Shown piece after piece: positions 1-8,801 of a stretch of 64,000 nt of DNA (within the stretch, counting starts at the first letter, position 1; every line of letters starts with the position of its first letter). The notes under the pieces are model-generated. The model was not told where the DNA came from, made no database searches, and was given only the letters and a program-made list of their open reading frames with translations. Source of the DNA: an archaeon (GTDB lineage Archaea > SpSt-1190 > DYHY01); contig JBBIPP010000002.1 in NCBI GenBank assembly GCA_037442745.1, positions 1-64,000 on the forward strand, given 5' to 3'. Made by a program: the position numbers and the translations under genes.

Positions 1-4
1 AACC

Positions 5-28
5 CATATCCGGCTTCGGCCGGATATG
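5..28. other. Perfect 10-bp hairpin CATATCCGGC-TTCG-GCCGGATATG
   Basis: Positions 5-14 pair exactly with 19-28, with a C(UUCG)G tetraloop on the + strand. It may lie inside a minus-strand CDS starting at 40 (MTERHIRPKPDMG...) that runs off the window. Confidence 0.5.
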
Positions 29-173
29 CCTTTCAGTCATTTTCTAGGAGGGTTTTAACAGTCCCCACAGTTCTGTCCAATTAATTAACCTTTTTTTAGT
101 GGCGAAAAATATATAAACCACCTTTTCCTCCGAGCCGATTAAAACTAACTAGAAAAGGAGAACTGAAGAGGAA

Positions 174-1496
174 ATGAAAAGGGGAATGTATGCTATCGCT
201 TTGCTTGCAGCCTTGCCGGCAATAATGGGCCTTGCGTGCAACGGGCATGCTGGAACACAAGAGCCAGCTTCCAATCAAGCAGCAGCAACCCCTTCAGGAT
301 TCCAGATGAACGAGTTCTGGAAACAGGCGGACGACATTCTTGGCGGTCCTGCTGGGGGAAAACATTTCGCACAGCCCTATATTGACCTCCAGAATTCAGT
401 TAAACCCCAATACGAAAAAATGTCTTACCAGGAGAAGGATTCCGCACTGGTTTCCTTTCTTCAGGACCCATATTCGAAAAATCCCGAGCAGAGGGCAATT
501 GCCGAGTTGGCTGCCCAAGAAATTGCCGGACGGATGGTTTCCGAGGATTTCGGAATATCCTTCTCGCCAAATCCGGTTGTGTTCCAAAACGAGCCAATGG
601 AGCACCTCGTCTGCAGAGGAGAGCGCTCTTCGCGAATATATGGTAGCATTGATTCAAGCGAGCTCGCCAAAGTAAACGCCCTTGCCGCACCCCTAGGATT
701 TTCATGTTATGTTGATCCGAACATAGAAGTTAGTGGGCTTGATGGAACTGCGGTTGTTGTTGTAACGCTCGGAGACTCCTTCGAACTCACTCTAGATAAC
801 CTAGGGCATGAGATGGGGCACACCGCATCAAGGTCTGACGGAAGATTAATCCCTTATTCACCCAATTTCGACAGCGCAGGGGAGGAGACGTTCATGAACA
901 TGTATGGGCCCTGGTTCGCTGGCCGGTTTCTCCGCGAGCACCCCGGGCTTTTAGCGTCAGCCAATCCAAATACCCACGCATACATTTTCTCCCAGAATCC
1001 AGAGATGGAAATATCCCCCAATTCGAAAGGACTTGATGCGCCCCAATACACTGACTATTCTTTTGCGCAAGTAGTCAACTGCCTCAGATACTCTGGGGGC
1101 TGGCCCCTTGCCTTCTCTACAATGAACACAATTGAGGGTCCAGAGCAGCTTCAGAAGGCGCGCGATCAATACTGCTCCCTTATGCCAAAGCCAACCACAG
1201 GGCCGACAACCAATCCGACCCTCTTCACACAAGGGGCAGCAACTTATTATTCCGTAACCCCCGGCCTCCAAATACCCGGCGCCAGTTCTAGCTATTCGGG
1301 AGCGTGCGTTCCTGCTAACATGCGAAGCGCCGAAGATGTTGCGAAAAAAGCATGGTCCAAAAACGGCGGAGGGGAGCCTGCCGGCGACTATACGAACATA
1401 TTGTTCATAATGAACAACGGCTCGACTCTATGCGGGCAGGGATATTACGCAGTTCCCGACACGAACGGAGACGGCCTTGTCGGAGTTGCTCCTTAG
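174..1496 (+). CDS. Secreted or lipid-anchored zincin-like metallopeptidase
   Basis: Signal peptide ending in a lipobox-like GLAC. HEXXH motif (LGHEMGH) with downstream EE. C-terminal DTNGDG Ca-binding-like loop. Confidence 0.6.
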   Translation: MKRGMYAIALLAALPAIMGLACNGHAGTQEPASNQAAATPSGFQMNEFWKQADDILGGPAGGKHFAQPYIDLQNSVKPQYEKMSYQEKDSALVSFLQDPYSKNPEQRAIAELAAQEIAGRMVSEDFGISFSPNPVVFQNEPMEHLVCRGERSSRIYGSIDSSELAKVNALAAPLGFSCYVDPNIEVSGLDGTAVVVVTLGDSFELTLDNLGHEMGHTASRSDGRLIPYSPNFDSAGEETFMNMYGPWFAGRFLREHPGLLASANPNTHAYIFSQNPEMEISPNSKGLDAPQYTDYSFAQVVNCLRYSGGWPLAFSTMNTIEGPEQLQKARDQYCSLMPKPTTGPTTNPTLFTQGAATYYSVTPGLQIPGASSSYSGACVPANMRSAEDVAKKAWSKNGGGEPAGDYTNILFIMNNGSTLCGQGYYAVPDTNGDGLVGVAP

Positions 1497-2050
1497 AACC
1501 TTTCCCTCTTCTTAAGGAGGGACAAGAGCCCGGGAGTGTATAGCGCTTTGCCATTGACAAAAGGGTAGCCGAGGTTTATTTTCACGATCTCGTGTTTCCC
1601 GAGAACGAATTCCCCTTGGGGAAAAAGGGGAATTTCGGAGAGTTTCCTTCCCTTCGAAATTTCCAGAGCCGTCCAGATGGCAATGTCTGTTGGAAGCTGG
1701 AGGCTTCCAAGGCTTCGGACCCTTGTCCCTTTCGGGAATTTTTTGGTAAGGAGAGGATAAGTCCTCTTTTTAGGAGGAAAGTCCCCGCAAATCCCGCCGA
1801 GGACAAGGAAATTTTCCCCCTCCGAGAAATCCTCCAGTTCAAGAGTTTCCTTTGAATCCGGGTCCAGAATTATCGGGTCAGGGAGGGAGAGCGCCCAGGA
1901 ATGCCTTTTCTCAGTTGAAAAGCCGGGAATTTTCCCGCTTCCGGCAATTGTCAAATTGCCTTTCCCAGCCAATTTCCTGCAATGGGAATACTCAAGGAGA
2001 ACCCAGTCGGAAACCTTTTCCAAATTCTCAATAACAAACCTGACTCTCAT
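1493..2050 (-). CDS. SFM1/DUF431-like SPOUT methyltransferase
   Basis: Motifs VIENLE...W..LEYSH, ILDP, LGGICGDFPPKKRT, RSLGSLQLPTDIA. Start moved to ATG 2050 from TATA spacing. Confidence 0.8.
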   Translation of the reverse strand: MRVRFVIENLEKVSDWVLLEYSHCRKLAGKGNLTIAGSGKIPGFSTEKRHSWALSLPDPIILDPDSKETLELEDFSEGENFLVLGGICGDFPPKKRTYPLLTKKFPKGTRVRSLGSLQLPTDIAIWTALEISKGRKLSEIPLFPQGEFVLGKHEIVKINLGYPFVNGKALYTPGLLSLLKKRERF

Positions 2051-2072
2051 GCCGAAAGTCAAAAACGCCTGA

Positions 2073-2080
2073 TTTTAAAA
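2073..2080. promoter_or_regulatory. Palindromic TATA box shared by divergent genes
   Basis: TTTTAAAA lies exactly 22 nt from the minus-strand ATG (2050) and 22 nt from the plus-strand ATG (2103). Confidence 0.65.
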
Positions 2081-2102
2081 CAGCCGGATTATTGGGAGAA
2101 CA

Positions 2103-3707
2103 ATGGCCTATCGGGAAGCAAAGGAAGTGACTCCTGAAAGGCGAGAGCTCGCAAGGAAAATCGGGGAGGAACTCCTTGCCCTTGCTGAAAAAGGCAAGCT
2201 TCCGGCTGGGACAACCAATCTCAAGCTCAAGATGTGCGCGGGAGTAACCGACTCTGTTCCAGACGATTCTGAAATCCTTTCAACGCTTGGAGGGGAGGAA
2301 AGAAAAATTCTCCTCCCCCTTCTCCGAAGAAAGCCCGTCCGGGCGCTCTCAGGAGTAACAGTTGTCGCGGTAATGACTGCCCCGTTCCGGTGCCCGCACG
2401 GGACTTGTATATATTGCCCGGGGGGGATTGGTAGCCCGTTCGGGGACACTCCCCAGTCCTACACTGGCCTTGAGCCAGCCGCGAGAAGGGGAAAGCAGTC
2501 GAACTATGATTCCTTTAGACAGACTTTTGGGAGAATAGCGTCCTTGGAGGCAATAGGCCACAATGTCTCGAAAATAGAGGCAATTGTAATGGGGGGGACC
2601 TTCCCTGCAACCCCTGAGGACTATCAGGACGCTTTTATCAAAGGGGTTTTCGACGGGGCGAACGGAAGAGTTTCCAAAACCCTCTCTGATGCAATTTCCC
2701 TAAACGAAACTGCGAAACACAGGCTTGTCGGATTGACAATTGAGACAAAGCCGGACTGGTGCCTTGAGCCACATGTGAAAAGGATGCTCTCCTATGGAAC
2801 GACAAGAGTTGAGCTCGGAGTCCAGACCCTGTTTGACGAAATACTGAAATCAGTCAACAGGGGACATGGAGTGAAGGAAACTGCGGAAGCGTTCAGGGAA
2901 TGCAAAGAGGCGGGCCTGAAAGTTGTCGCCCATATGATGCCCTTCCTTCCGGGCTCTACTATTGAGAAGGACCTCGAATCATTCAGAATTCTTTTCGAGG
3001 ACGAGCGCTTCAAGCCCGACGAACTGAAAATCTATCCAACCCAGGTCCTTCCCGGAACCGGAATTTACAAGATGTTGAAGGCAGGGAAATATTCCTCTCC
3101 GACCTTGGAGGAGACGATCGAACTGCTTTCGAAAGTAAAGGAAATTACCCCCAGATTCGTCAGAATAAAGAGGATTCTCAGGGACATTCCCTCAAATGTT
3201 GTCGAGTCCGGGACTAAAAAGTCAGACATCCGAGACATTGTCCAAAGGGAGATGGCGAAAAGCGGGCGGAAATGCAAATGCATCCGGTGCAGGGAGATCG
3301 GCCGAGCGGTCCACTCGGGAAAGAAGGTTGACGAGAATTCAATCAGGCTGAACAACCAGTCTTTCAGGGCTTCGGGAGCGGAGGAAAATTTCATCACTTT
3401 CGACGAAACGAAAAGCGACCTCCTTATCGGGCTTCTCCGCCTCCGGCTTTTGGAGAATTCCGACACCGCCCGGGTTAGGGAGCTACATGTATATGGCTGG
3501 GAAGTTCCCTTGGGAAAGGAGATTTCAAGGGAAATGCCAATATTCCAGCACAAGGGATATGGCCGGAGGCTCCTAGAGGAAGCTGAAAGGATTTCAAAGG
3601 AGAAGGGGTATTCAAAGCTCTCGGTCACAAGCGGAGTCGGAGTCAGGGAGTATTACCGCAAGCTCGGCTATTCCCTTGAAGGTACTTATATTGTGAAGAA
3701 ATTATGA
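2103..3707 (+). CDS. elp3: tRNA uridine(34) acetyltransferase Elp3 (radical SAM + KAT)
   Basis: CPHGTCIYCPGG, PQSYTGLEPA, ETKPD, RVELGVQ, LKIYPT, CKCIRCREIG, RELHVYG, QHKGYG, SGVGVREYY. Confidence 0.97.
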   Translation: MAYREAKEVTPERRELARKIGEELLALAEKGKLPAGTTNLKLKMCAGVTDSVPDDSEILSTLGGEERKILLPLLRRKPVRALSGVTVVAVMTAPFRCPHGTCIYCPGGIGSPFGDTPQSYTGLEPAARRGKQSNYDSFRQTFGRIASLEAIGHNVSKIEAIVMGGTFPATPEDYQDAFIKGVFDGANGRVSKTLSDAISLNETAKHRLVGLTIETKPDWCLEPHVKRMLSYGTTRVELGVQTLFDEILKSVNRGHGVKETAEAFRECKEAGLKVVAHMMPFLPGSTIEKDLESFRILFEDERFKPDELKIYPTQVLPGTGIYKMLKAGKYSSPTLEETIELLSKVKEITPRFVRIKRILRDIPSNVVESGTKKSDIRDIVQREMAKSGRKCKCIRCREIGRAVHSGKKVDENSIRLNNQSFRASGAEENFITFDETKSDLLIGLLRLRLLENSDTARVRELHVYGWEVPLGKEISREMPIFQHKGYGRRLLEEAERISKEKGYSKLSVTSGVGVREYYRKLGYSLEGTYIVKKL

Positions 3708-4257
3708 GAAAAGGGAAAATACTCGGGAAAAAATAATTTTTCAAAGGGGGAATTTCAGGGTCGAAGCAATAGACTACAGGACGCCTTCCGGCAGGAAAAA
3801 GGAGCTATTGGAAATACCGCGGAAAAATGTTGTCGCAATTGTCCCCGTTCTTCCCGAAGGAAAATTCGTATTTGTTCGGCAGTTTCGGATCCCTGCCGGA
3901 AAATTTGTTCTGTCTTTTCCCGCGGGAAAAATTGACTGAAAAGAGTCTCCGAGAATTGTGGCGAAAAGGAAATTGTTGGAAGAAGCTGGCTATTTTTCCG
4001 GGAAAATCACGCTCATAGGAAAGCCCTTCATTGCCAGCCCGGCATCCTGAAAGCACAATGTCCCAGTCTTCCTTGCTGAAAATCTGGAATTCAGGTGGCA
4101 GGCGCCCGACTGGGACTGGGATGGGATTGAAACAACAACAGTCTCATGAGCTGAACTTACACGCCCGGCTGAAAACTGAAAATTGACGGCGAACAACTTT
4201 GCCACAATTTTCCCGTACTTCCAAAAGCGCCCAGAACAAAACAAGCAAAACGCTTAA
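3704..4257 (+). pseudogene. NUDIX hydrolase (ADP-ribose pyrophosphatase-like), disrupted
   Basis: Manual translation gives VAIVPVLPEGKFVFVRQFRIPAGKFVLSFPAGKID*KESPRIVAKRKLLEEAGY (Nudix box). A frameshift lies in the A-run 3728-3733, with in-frame TGA at 3937, 4048, 4147 and 4177. Confidence 0.85.
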
Positions 4258-4285
4258 ATGCCCGGAAAATAGGTGACAAATTAAT

Positions 4286-5326
4286 ATGGCTTTTGACACG
4301 AAGACTTTGCTGGAATCAAAGGTTTCGGGATTTATTGAAAAGGCACAGCTGTGCTATCCGGATGACGAGGCTTCGAAAATAGCAGGAAAGCTAAGCGATG
4401 TCTGCATAATTGACGAGAAGAGGAACTTCCATGGGCTTGTCCTCGAGGGGACGCTCATTGCCGCGAACCCGAACGAAAAGGCAAAGACCCTCTCGTTTTC
4501 CCCTCCAACAACCTCCCCTGCAGACAAGCTAAGGGATGCGCTGAAAACTTTTGTCTCCTCAGGCCTAGAGGTCCTCCCAGTTGTTGACAATGGCAAGCTA
4601 CAAGGGGTTCTCAAACTCTCAGGAATTCTTCCAAAACTGCCAGTTTCAGAAATCCCTCTCCTTGAAGTTGTAAACAGGCACCCGTATTCAATTGGCGAGT
4701 CATCCCCTGTTTCAGATGTCAGGGAAATAATGCTCCGGAGCCGTCTAGGACGGGTATATGTGACTGATTCCTCAGGCCATCTTGTCGGGATAATAACGCA
4801 TTCTTCCTTCCTGAAAAAGCCCTCTTTCTTCAAGAAGGACTGGAGAAGGGCTGCGGAAATTATGGAGCACGGAGTCGTTTCCGTTTCTCCCGAGGACACT
4901 GTCGAGAAAGCAGTCCGAAAAATAGCAAAAAACCGCCTGCGGGCAGTAGCGCTTGTCGAAAAAGGCAAGCTTTCCGGATCAGTCGAATCATCGAGAATAA
5001 TTTCCAAGATCCTTGAGAGGAACGAGTCAATAGGGGACGGGATATATGCGCAGGTGTCCGGAATATCGAAGCTCGAGCCATTTGAGAAGACCGCAATAAA
5101 CGCCGTAGTCAAATCAAGCATCTCGAAGATTGCGAAATCTCTTGGCGCAGGAGCAAAGGTCAAGCTTGTCTTCAAGCAGGGAAAGAGCACATGGGAGATT
5201 GACCTCTATTGCGAGTCGAAAAAGGCAGGTAATTTCCGGGCAAAGGGAACTGCATTTGACGCAATATCCGGAGCATCGGAAGTTTTAAGAACGCTCGAAA
5301 AACAGGTCAGGAAGGGAACTCTCTAA
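4286..5326 (+). CDS. CBS-domain protein with C-terminal HPF/RaiA-like domain (candidate ribosome hibernation factor)
   Basis: Four CBS-like repeats (LPVVDNGKLQGVL, VTDSSGHLVGIIT, LVEKGKLSG) plus a ~90 aa tail ending FDAISGASEVLRTLEKQVRK. Confidence 0.7.
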   Translation: MAFDTKTLLESKVSGFIEKAQLCYPDDEASKIAGKLSDVCIIDEKRNFHGLVLEGTLIAANPNEKAKTLSFSPPTTSPADKLRDALKTFVSSGLEVLPVVDNGKLQGVLKLSGILPKLPVSEIPLLEVVNRHPYSIGESSPVSDVREIMLRSRLGRVYVTDSSGHLVGIITHSSFLKKPSFFKKDWRRAAEIMEHGVVSVSPEDTVEKAVRKIAKNRLRAVALVEKGKLSGSVESSRIISKILERNESIGDGIYAQVSGISKLEPFEKTAINAVVKSSISKIAKSLGAGAKVKLVFKQGKSTWEIDLYCESKKAGNFRAKGTAFDAISGASEVLRTLEKQVRKGTL

Positions 5327-5733
5327 TGTCCGAAGTAGAACACTTGCTTGAGAAGCTCAAATACACTGAAATTATCCAGTTCGCAAAGGAAGAGGGAATT
5401 GAGCCCAAGGGCAACAAGGAGAAGCTAATTGCAATACTCTCCAAAAAGGCGGACGAAGGGAAAATCCGGGCGTTCTTCAAGAAGGCTAGGGGAAGCAAGG
5501 CGGACATTTCCGAACACAAACTGGTCCCAAAGCACGAGATAATCTCTGAAAAGGAGCTGAAAAAGGTTCTCGATACTCACCACTGCAAAATAACTGATTT
5601 ACCGAGAATCTATGACACTGACCCGATTATTCTCAAATGCGGGGCGAAAGCAGGGGATGTTGTGAAAATCACAAGAATTAGCCCAACTGCGGGCCAAGCA
5701 TACTATTATAGATTAGTTGTCAAGAGTATATAA
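5326..5733 (+). CDS. rpoH: RNA polymerase subunit Rpo5 (RpoH) with N-terminal extension
   Basis: HKLVPKHEII...LPRIYDTDP...AKAGDVVKITRISPTAGQAYYYRLVV, preceded by ~55 extra residues. Confidence 0.93.
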   Translation: MSEVEHLLEKLKYTEIIQFAKEEGIEPKGNKEKLIAILSKKADEGKIRAFFKKARGSKADISEHKLVPKHEIISEKELKKVLDTHHCKITDLPRIYDTDPIILKCGAKAGDVVKITRISPTAGQAYYYRLVVKSI

Positions 5734-5770
5734 AAGACATGAGCAACAAGCAAGGGGGATTTTGAGAAAA

Positions 5771-6379
5771 ATGGCAGTTTCACCGACTTTTTTTTCAATT
5801 GAGCGCATTCTCGTTATTGTCCTGGTTGTTTTTGCGTTCCTCTATCTCTCAATAAGGGTCAGGAAATATTTCACATATTTGCGGGAGTCCGGCGCCAAGG
5901 GATTCGGGGCAACACTTGTTGTCATTGGGGGTGTACTCTTACTTTCCGCGACAATTAACCTCGGCGGGACATACCTTTTCCAGTTCTTTACAGAGACAAT
6001 AGCTAGGGAGCAGATACTGAAAATAGGCCTATGGCTCGCAATTTTCGGGATAGGCTTCATAATGCTCGACTGGATTGCTAGAAAGTTCGACAAGAAGGCT
6101 CTTTTGGATTTCGAGGGCGAAAGGAGGGAATACATTACCCGCGTCAGGAAAGGGATAAAGGTTGACGAGGCTGAGAAAATAGCATTCGAGACTGCCAAAA
6201 AATCATTCAATCCTCCGGGACTGAAGCTCATTGCCGCAGAAAAGGAGTTCAAGACCTGGCGCGTTTATCTCAAGGACAATGTCGGGAAGAAGTATCTCGT
6301 TGCACTCGACGTTGAAGGGGAAGTGATAACCTCGGAGACAATGGACGAGCTTCCCTCATATATGCAAGGAATAAACTGA
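5771..6379 (+). CDS. Membrane protein (3 TM) with PepSY-like C-terminal domain
   Basis: Three hydrophobic segments, then IKVDEAEKIA...WRVYL...VALDVEGEVI. Start set to ATG 5771. Confidence 0.55.
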   Translation: MAVSPTFFSIERILVIVLVVFAFLYLSIRVRKYFTYLRESGAKGFGATLVVIGGVLLLSATINLGGTYLFQFFTETIAREQILKIGLWLAIFGIGFIMLDWIARKFDKKALLDFEGERREYITRVRKGIKVDEAEKIAFETAKKSFNPPGLKLIAAEKEFKTWRVYLKDNVGKKYLVALDVEGEVITSETMDELPSYMQGIN

Positions 6380-6386
6380 GAAAGAA

Positions 6387-7304
6387 TTAGAGCAATTCGT
6401 ATGCCCGAAAGACTGTTTCCATGTCGATTTTCGCCTTTTTGAAACTGTATAAGGGCGCCCGCTTCTCCCCAATGCATGAAAGAAAATCAGAGTGTATTGC
6501 CTCAATTCCGTAGGGGTCACGGACTCCCAAAGGGAAAACTCCCCAGCCCCGCTTTGACAATAGAGTTGCCGAAAGGAGCCAGTTGTCAAGGAAAATTCTT
6601 CCAAGAGTCCCCCTGACAAGCGTCCCGCCGAACATATTTTGCTTCCAAGAGTGTTTCAGGGAGGCGGAGAACGTCCCATAGTCCAGCCGAACAAGAGAGT
6701 CCCTCTCAGGCCTTTCCTGCCCGAACTCTGCGCTGACCTTTTTCGGGCGGAGGAATCCCGAGAGCGAGGAAACAAGCGCAATCTGATGTATTCCGCCCTC
6801 AAGGAGCGCTCCGTATTTTTCCCTCCACCCGGAAGACGAAATTTTCGCACCCCTTACAACGGAAATTTCCCTCAATTCCCCTATTTTTCCGGAAGCAACG
6901 AGGCCCGATGCCACTTGCGCAGTTCGTTTGTATACACAGTTTTCGGAGATTTGGAGGAAAAATTTCCCCTTTCCCCTCCCCACAATTCCCGCCAGTTTTC
7001 CAAGCTCCTTTTTTCCTGCGCAGAGTGGCTTTTCCGAGAGAACGGGAGTTCCCAGCTTTTTTGCAAGGGAAATAGGCTCAATCCTGTCTCCTGGCGGGGT
7101 TGCTAGCAAGAGAGCATCAGCTTCCAAAAGACCTTCCTCAAGGGAATTGACCGCGCGCCCCCCGAAAATTTTCGCAAACCTCTTCGCAGACGCAGGATTC
7201 GCAGAATCGAACAGGAGGGAAACCCCTTTTCTCTTCGAGAGAGCGCTCGCATGGGCAAATCCCATTTTCCCGCATCCAGAGAGGAGAATTCTCTTTCTTT
7301 CCAT
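6387..7304 (-). CDS. Gfo/Idh/MocA family NAD(P)-dependent oxidoreductase
   Basis: GCGKMG Rossmann loop, LATPP, SEKPL, GKIGEL, GALLEGGIHQI. Start at ATG 7304; the longer ORF overlaps the radical SAM gene. Confidence 0.85.
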   Translation of the reverse strand: MERKRILLSGCGKMGFAHASALSKRKGVSLLFDSANPASAKRFAKIFGGRAVNSLEEGLLEADALLLATPPGDRIEPISLAKKLGTPVLSEKPLCAGKKELGKLAGIVGRGKGKFFLQISENCVYKRTAQVASGLVASGKIGELREISVVRGAKISSSGWREKYGALLEGGIHQIALVSSLSGFLRPKKVSAEFGQERPERDSLVRLDYGTFSASLKHSWKQNMFGGTLVRGTLGRIFLDNWLLSATLLSKRGWGVFPLGVRDPYGIEAIHSDFLSCIGEKRAPLYSFKKAKIDMETVFRAYELL

Positions 7305-7351
7305 TGAAAACCCAAGCCAAGGGTAATAAAGGGGTATTTCAGCTTTCCGCA

Positions 7352-8776
7352 ATGCCTTCCTTTTTCCTCGCAATACCTCCATCTCTCGCAAAGAGGGAAG
7401 CTGTAGAATATCCCCAAATATACCCTCCCTTGGGAATTCTCTATCTTGCGGCAGTTCTCCGGGAAAAGTTTCCCTCTTCAGAAATCTCGGTCTCAGACGG
7501 GCTCTTTGAAGGAGAGAGAGCGTGCCTTGAAAAGGCTCGGCTGGCATCTCCCGAAATAATAGGACTCTCTTTTCACAGCCAGTATTCGGAAGACGCTTTC
7601 CTTTTCGCGAAAAAGCTCAAGGAGGAATTTCCAGACGCACTCCTAATTGCCGGAGGGGCGCACCCGACCTTCTTCCCGGAAGAGTGCCTCGAATTCTTCG
7701 ATTTCGCGGTAATTGGGGAGGCTGAACTGACTTTTCCAGAGCTTGCGGGCGAGATTCTGGGCGAAGGGGATTTCAAGAAGGTTTCCGGAATCAGCTTCAA
7801 GAGCGCCTCCGGAAAAATCATTCGGACCACTCATAGAAGCCAGATAAGGAGCCTAGATTCCCTTCCATTCCCGGCGCGGGATCTCATTGACTACAAAAAA
7901 TATCCCGGATTCTACTACCAGAAAAAAAAGCCAGACACCTCAATAATATCTTCAAGGGGGTGCCCGTACAAATGCACTTTCTGCTCAAAGACGTGGGGAG
8001 ACATCCAGAGGGCCCGCTCGGCGAAATCTGTTGCAGATGAGCTAGAGTTCCTGGAGGGGGTTGGGGTGAAAGAGGTATATGACTGGACTGACGAATTCAA
8101 CCTAGTCCCAAAGAATTCAATGAAAGTTCTCGGGGAAATCAGGAAGAGGGAGCTTGGCTTGAACCTGAAGAGCCATTTCCGGGCTAACGGGCTAACCCGG
8201 GAGTATTCAATTTCTCTTGGGAAAGCCGGATTCTGGCTTGCTAACATCGGAATTGAGAGCGCGAACGAGCGAACGCTCGCCGGAATAAAAAAAGGAGTTA
8301 CTGTTCCGATGGCAAGAAAGGCTCTCCTGAACCTGAAATCTGCCGGGGTTAAGACGCTCGGCTTCTTCATGGGATTTTCAATATGGACTGAAACTGTTCG
8401 GGGGAAATCCGTCCTCAAATGGGAGGGTGCGAGGGAAACTGAAAACACTCTCAATTTCATTGAAAAGCTGATTGACGAGAACCTCCTCGATTATTTCACA
8501 TTCTCGCTTCCCACACCCTATCCCGGTTCCGCCCTTTATTCCCAGGCAAATGAGCACTGCCTTGTAAGCAATCCGGATTTCTCCTCAATGACATCGCACC
8601 ACCCAGCAATGAAGCTACCCGGGGGAAATCCTGAGGAGATTTCCCTGGCAATGAAGCGCGCCCAAATGCTCCAGGCAAAGGCAATATTAAAGTCTGGCGA
8701 CTTTAACAGGAGACTCTGGAAATTCTATTTTGAAAAAGCCCTCGGCGTGGCGCTTTCCGGAATGAAAGGCAAATAA
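7352..8776 (+). CDS. B12-binding radical SAM protein
   Basis: YPPLGILYLAA, IAGGAHPT, GEAE, LDSLPFPARDL, SRGCPYKCTFC, GIESA. Confidence 0.92.
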   Translation: MPSFFLAIPPSLAKREAVEYPQIYPPLGILYLAAVLREKFPSSEISVSDGLFEGERACLEKARLASPEIIGLSFHSQYSEDAFLFAKKLKEEFPDALLIAGGAHPTFFPEECLEFFDFAVIGEAELTFPELAGEILGEGDFKKVSGISFKSASGKIIRTTHRSQIRSLDSLPFPARDLIDYKKYPGFYYQKKKPDTSIISSRGCPYKCTFCSKTWGDIQRARSAKSVADELEFLEGVGVKEVYDWTDEFNLVPKNSMKVLGEIRKRELGLNLKSHFRANGLTREYSISLGKAGFWLANIGIESANERTLAGIKKGVTVPMARKALLNLKSAGVKTLGFFMGFSIWTETVRGKSVLKWEGARETENTLNFIEKLIDENLLDYFTFSLPTPYPGSALYSQANEHCLVSNPDFSSMTSHHPAMKLPGGNPEEISLAMKRAQMLQAKAILKSGDFNRRLWKFYFEKALGVALSGMKGK

Positions 8777-8801
8777 AGGATTGTCGCGCAGTTTTCCGGA
8801 A

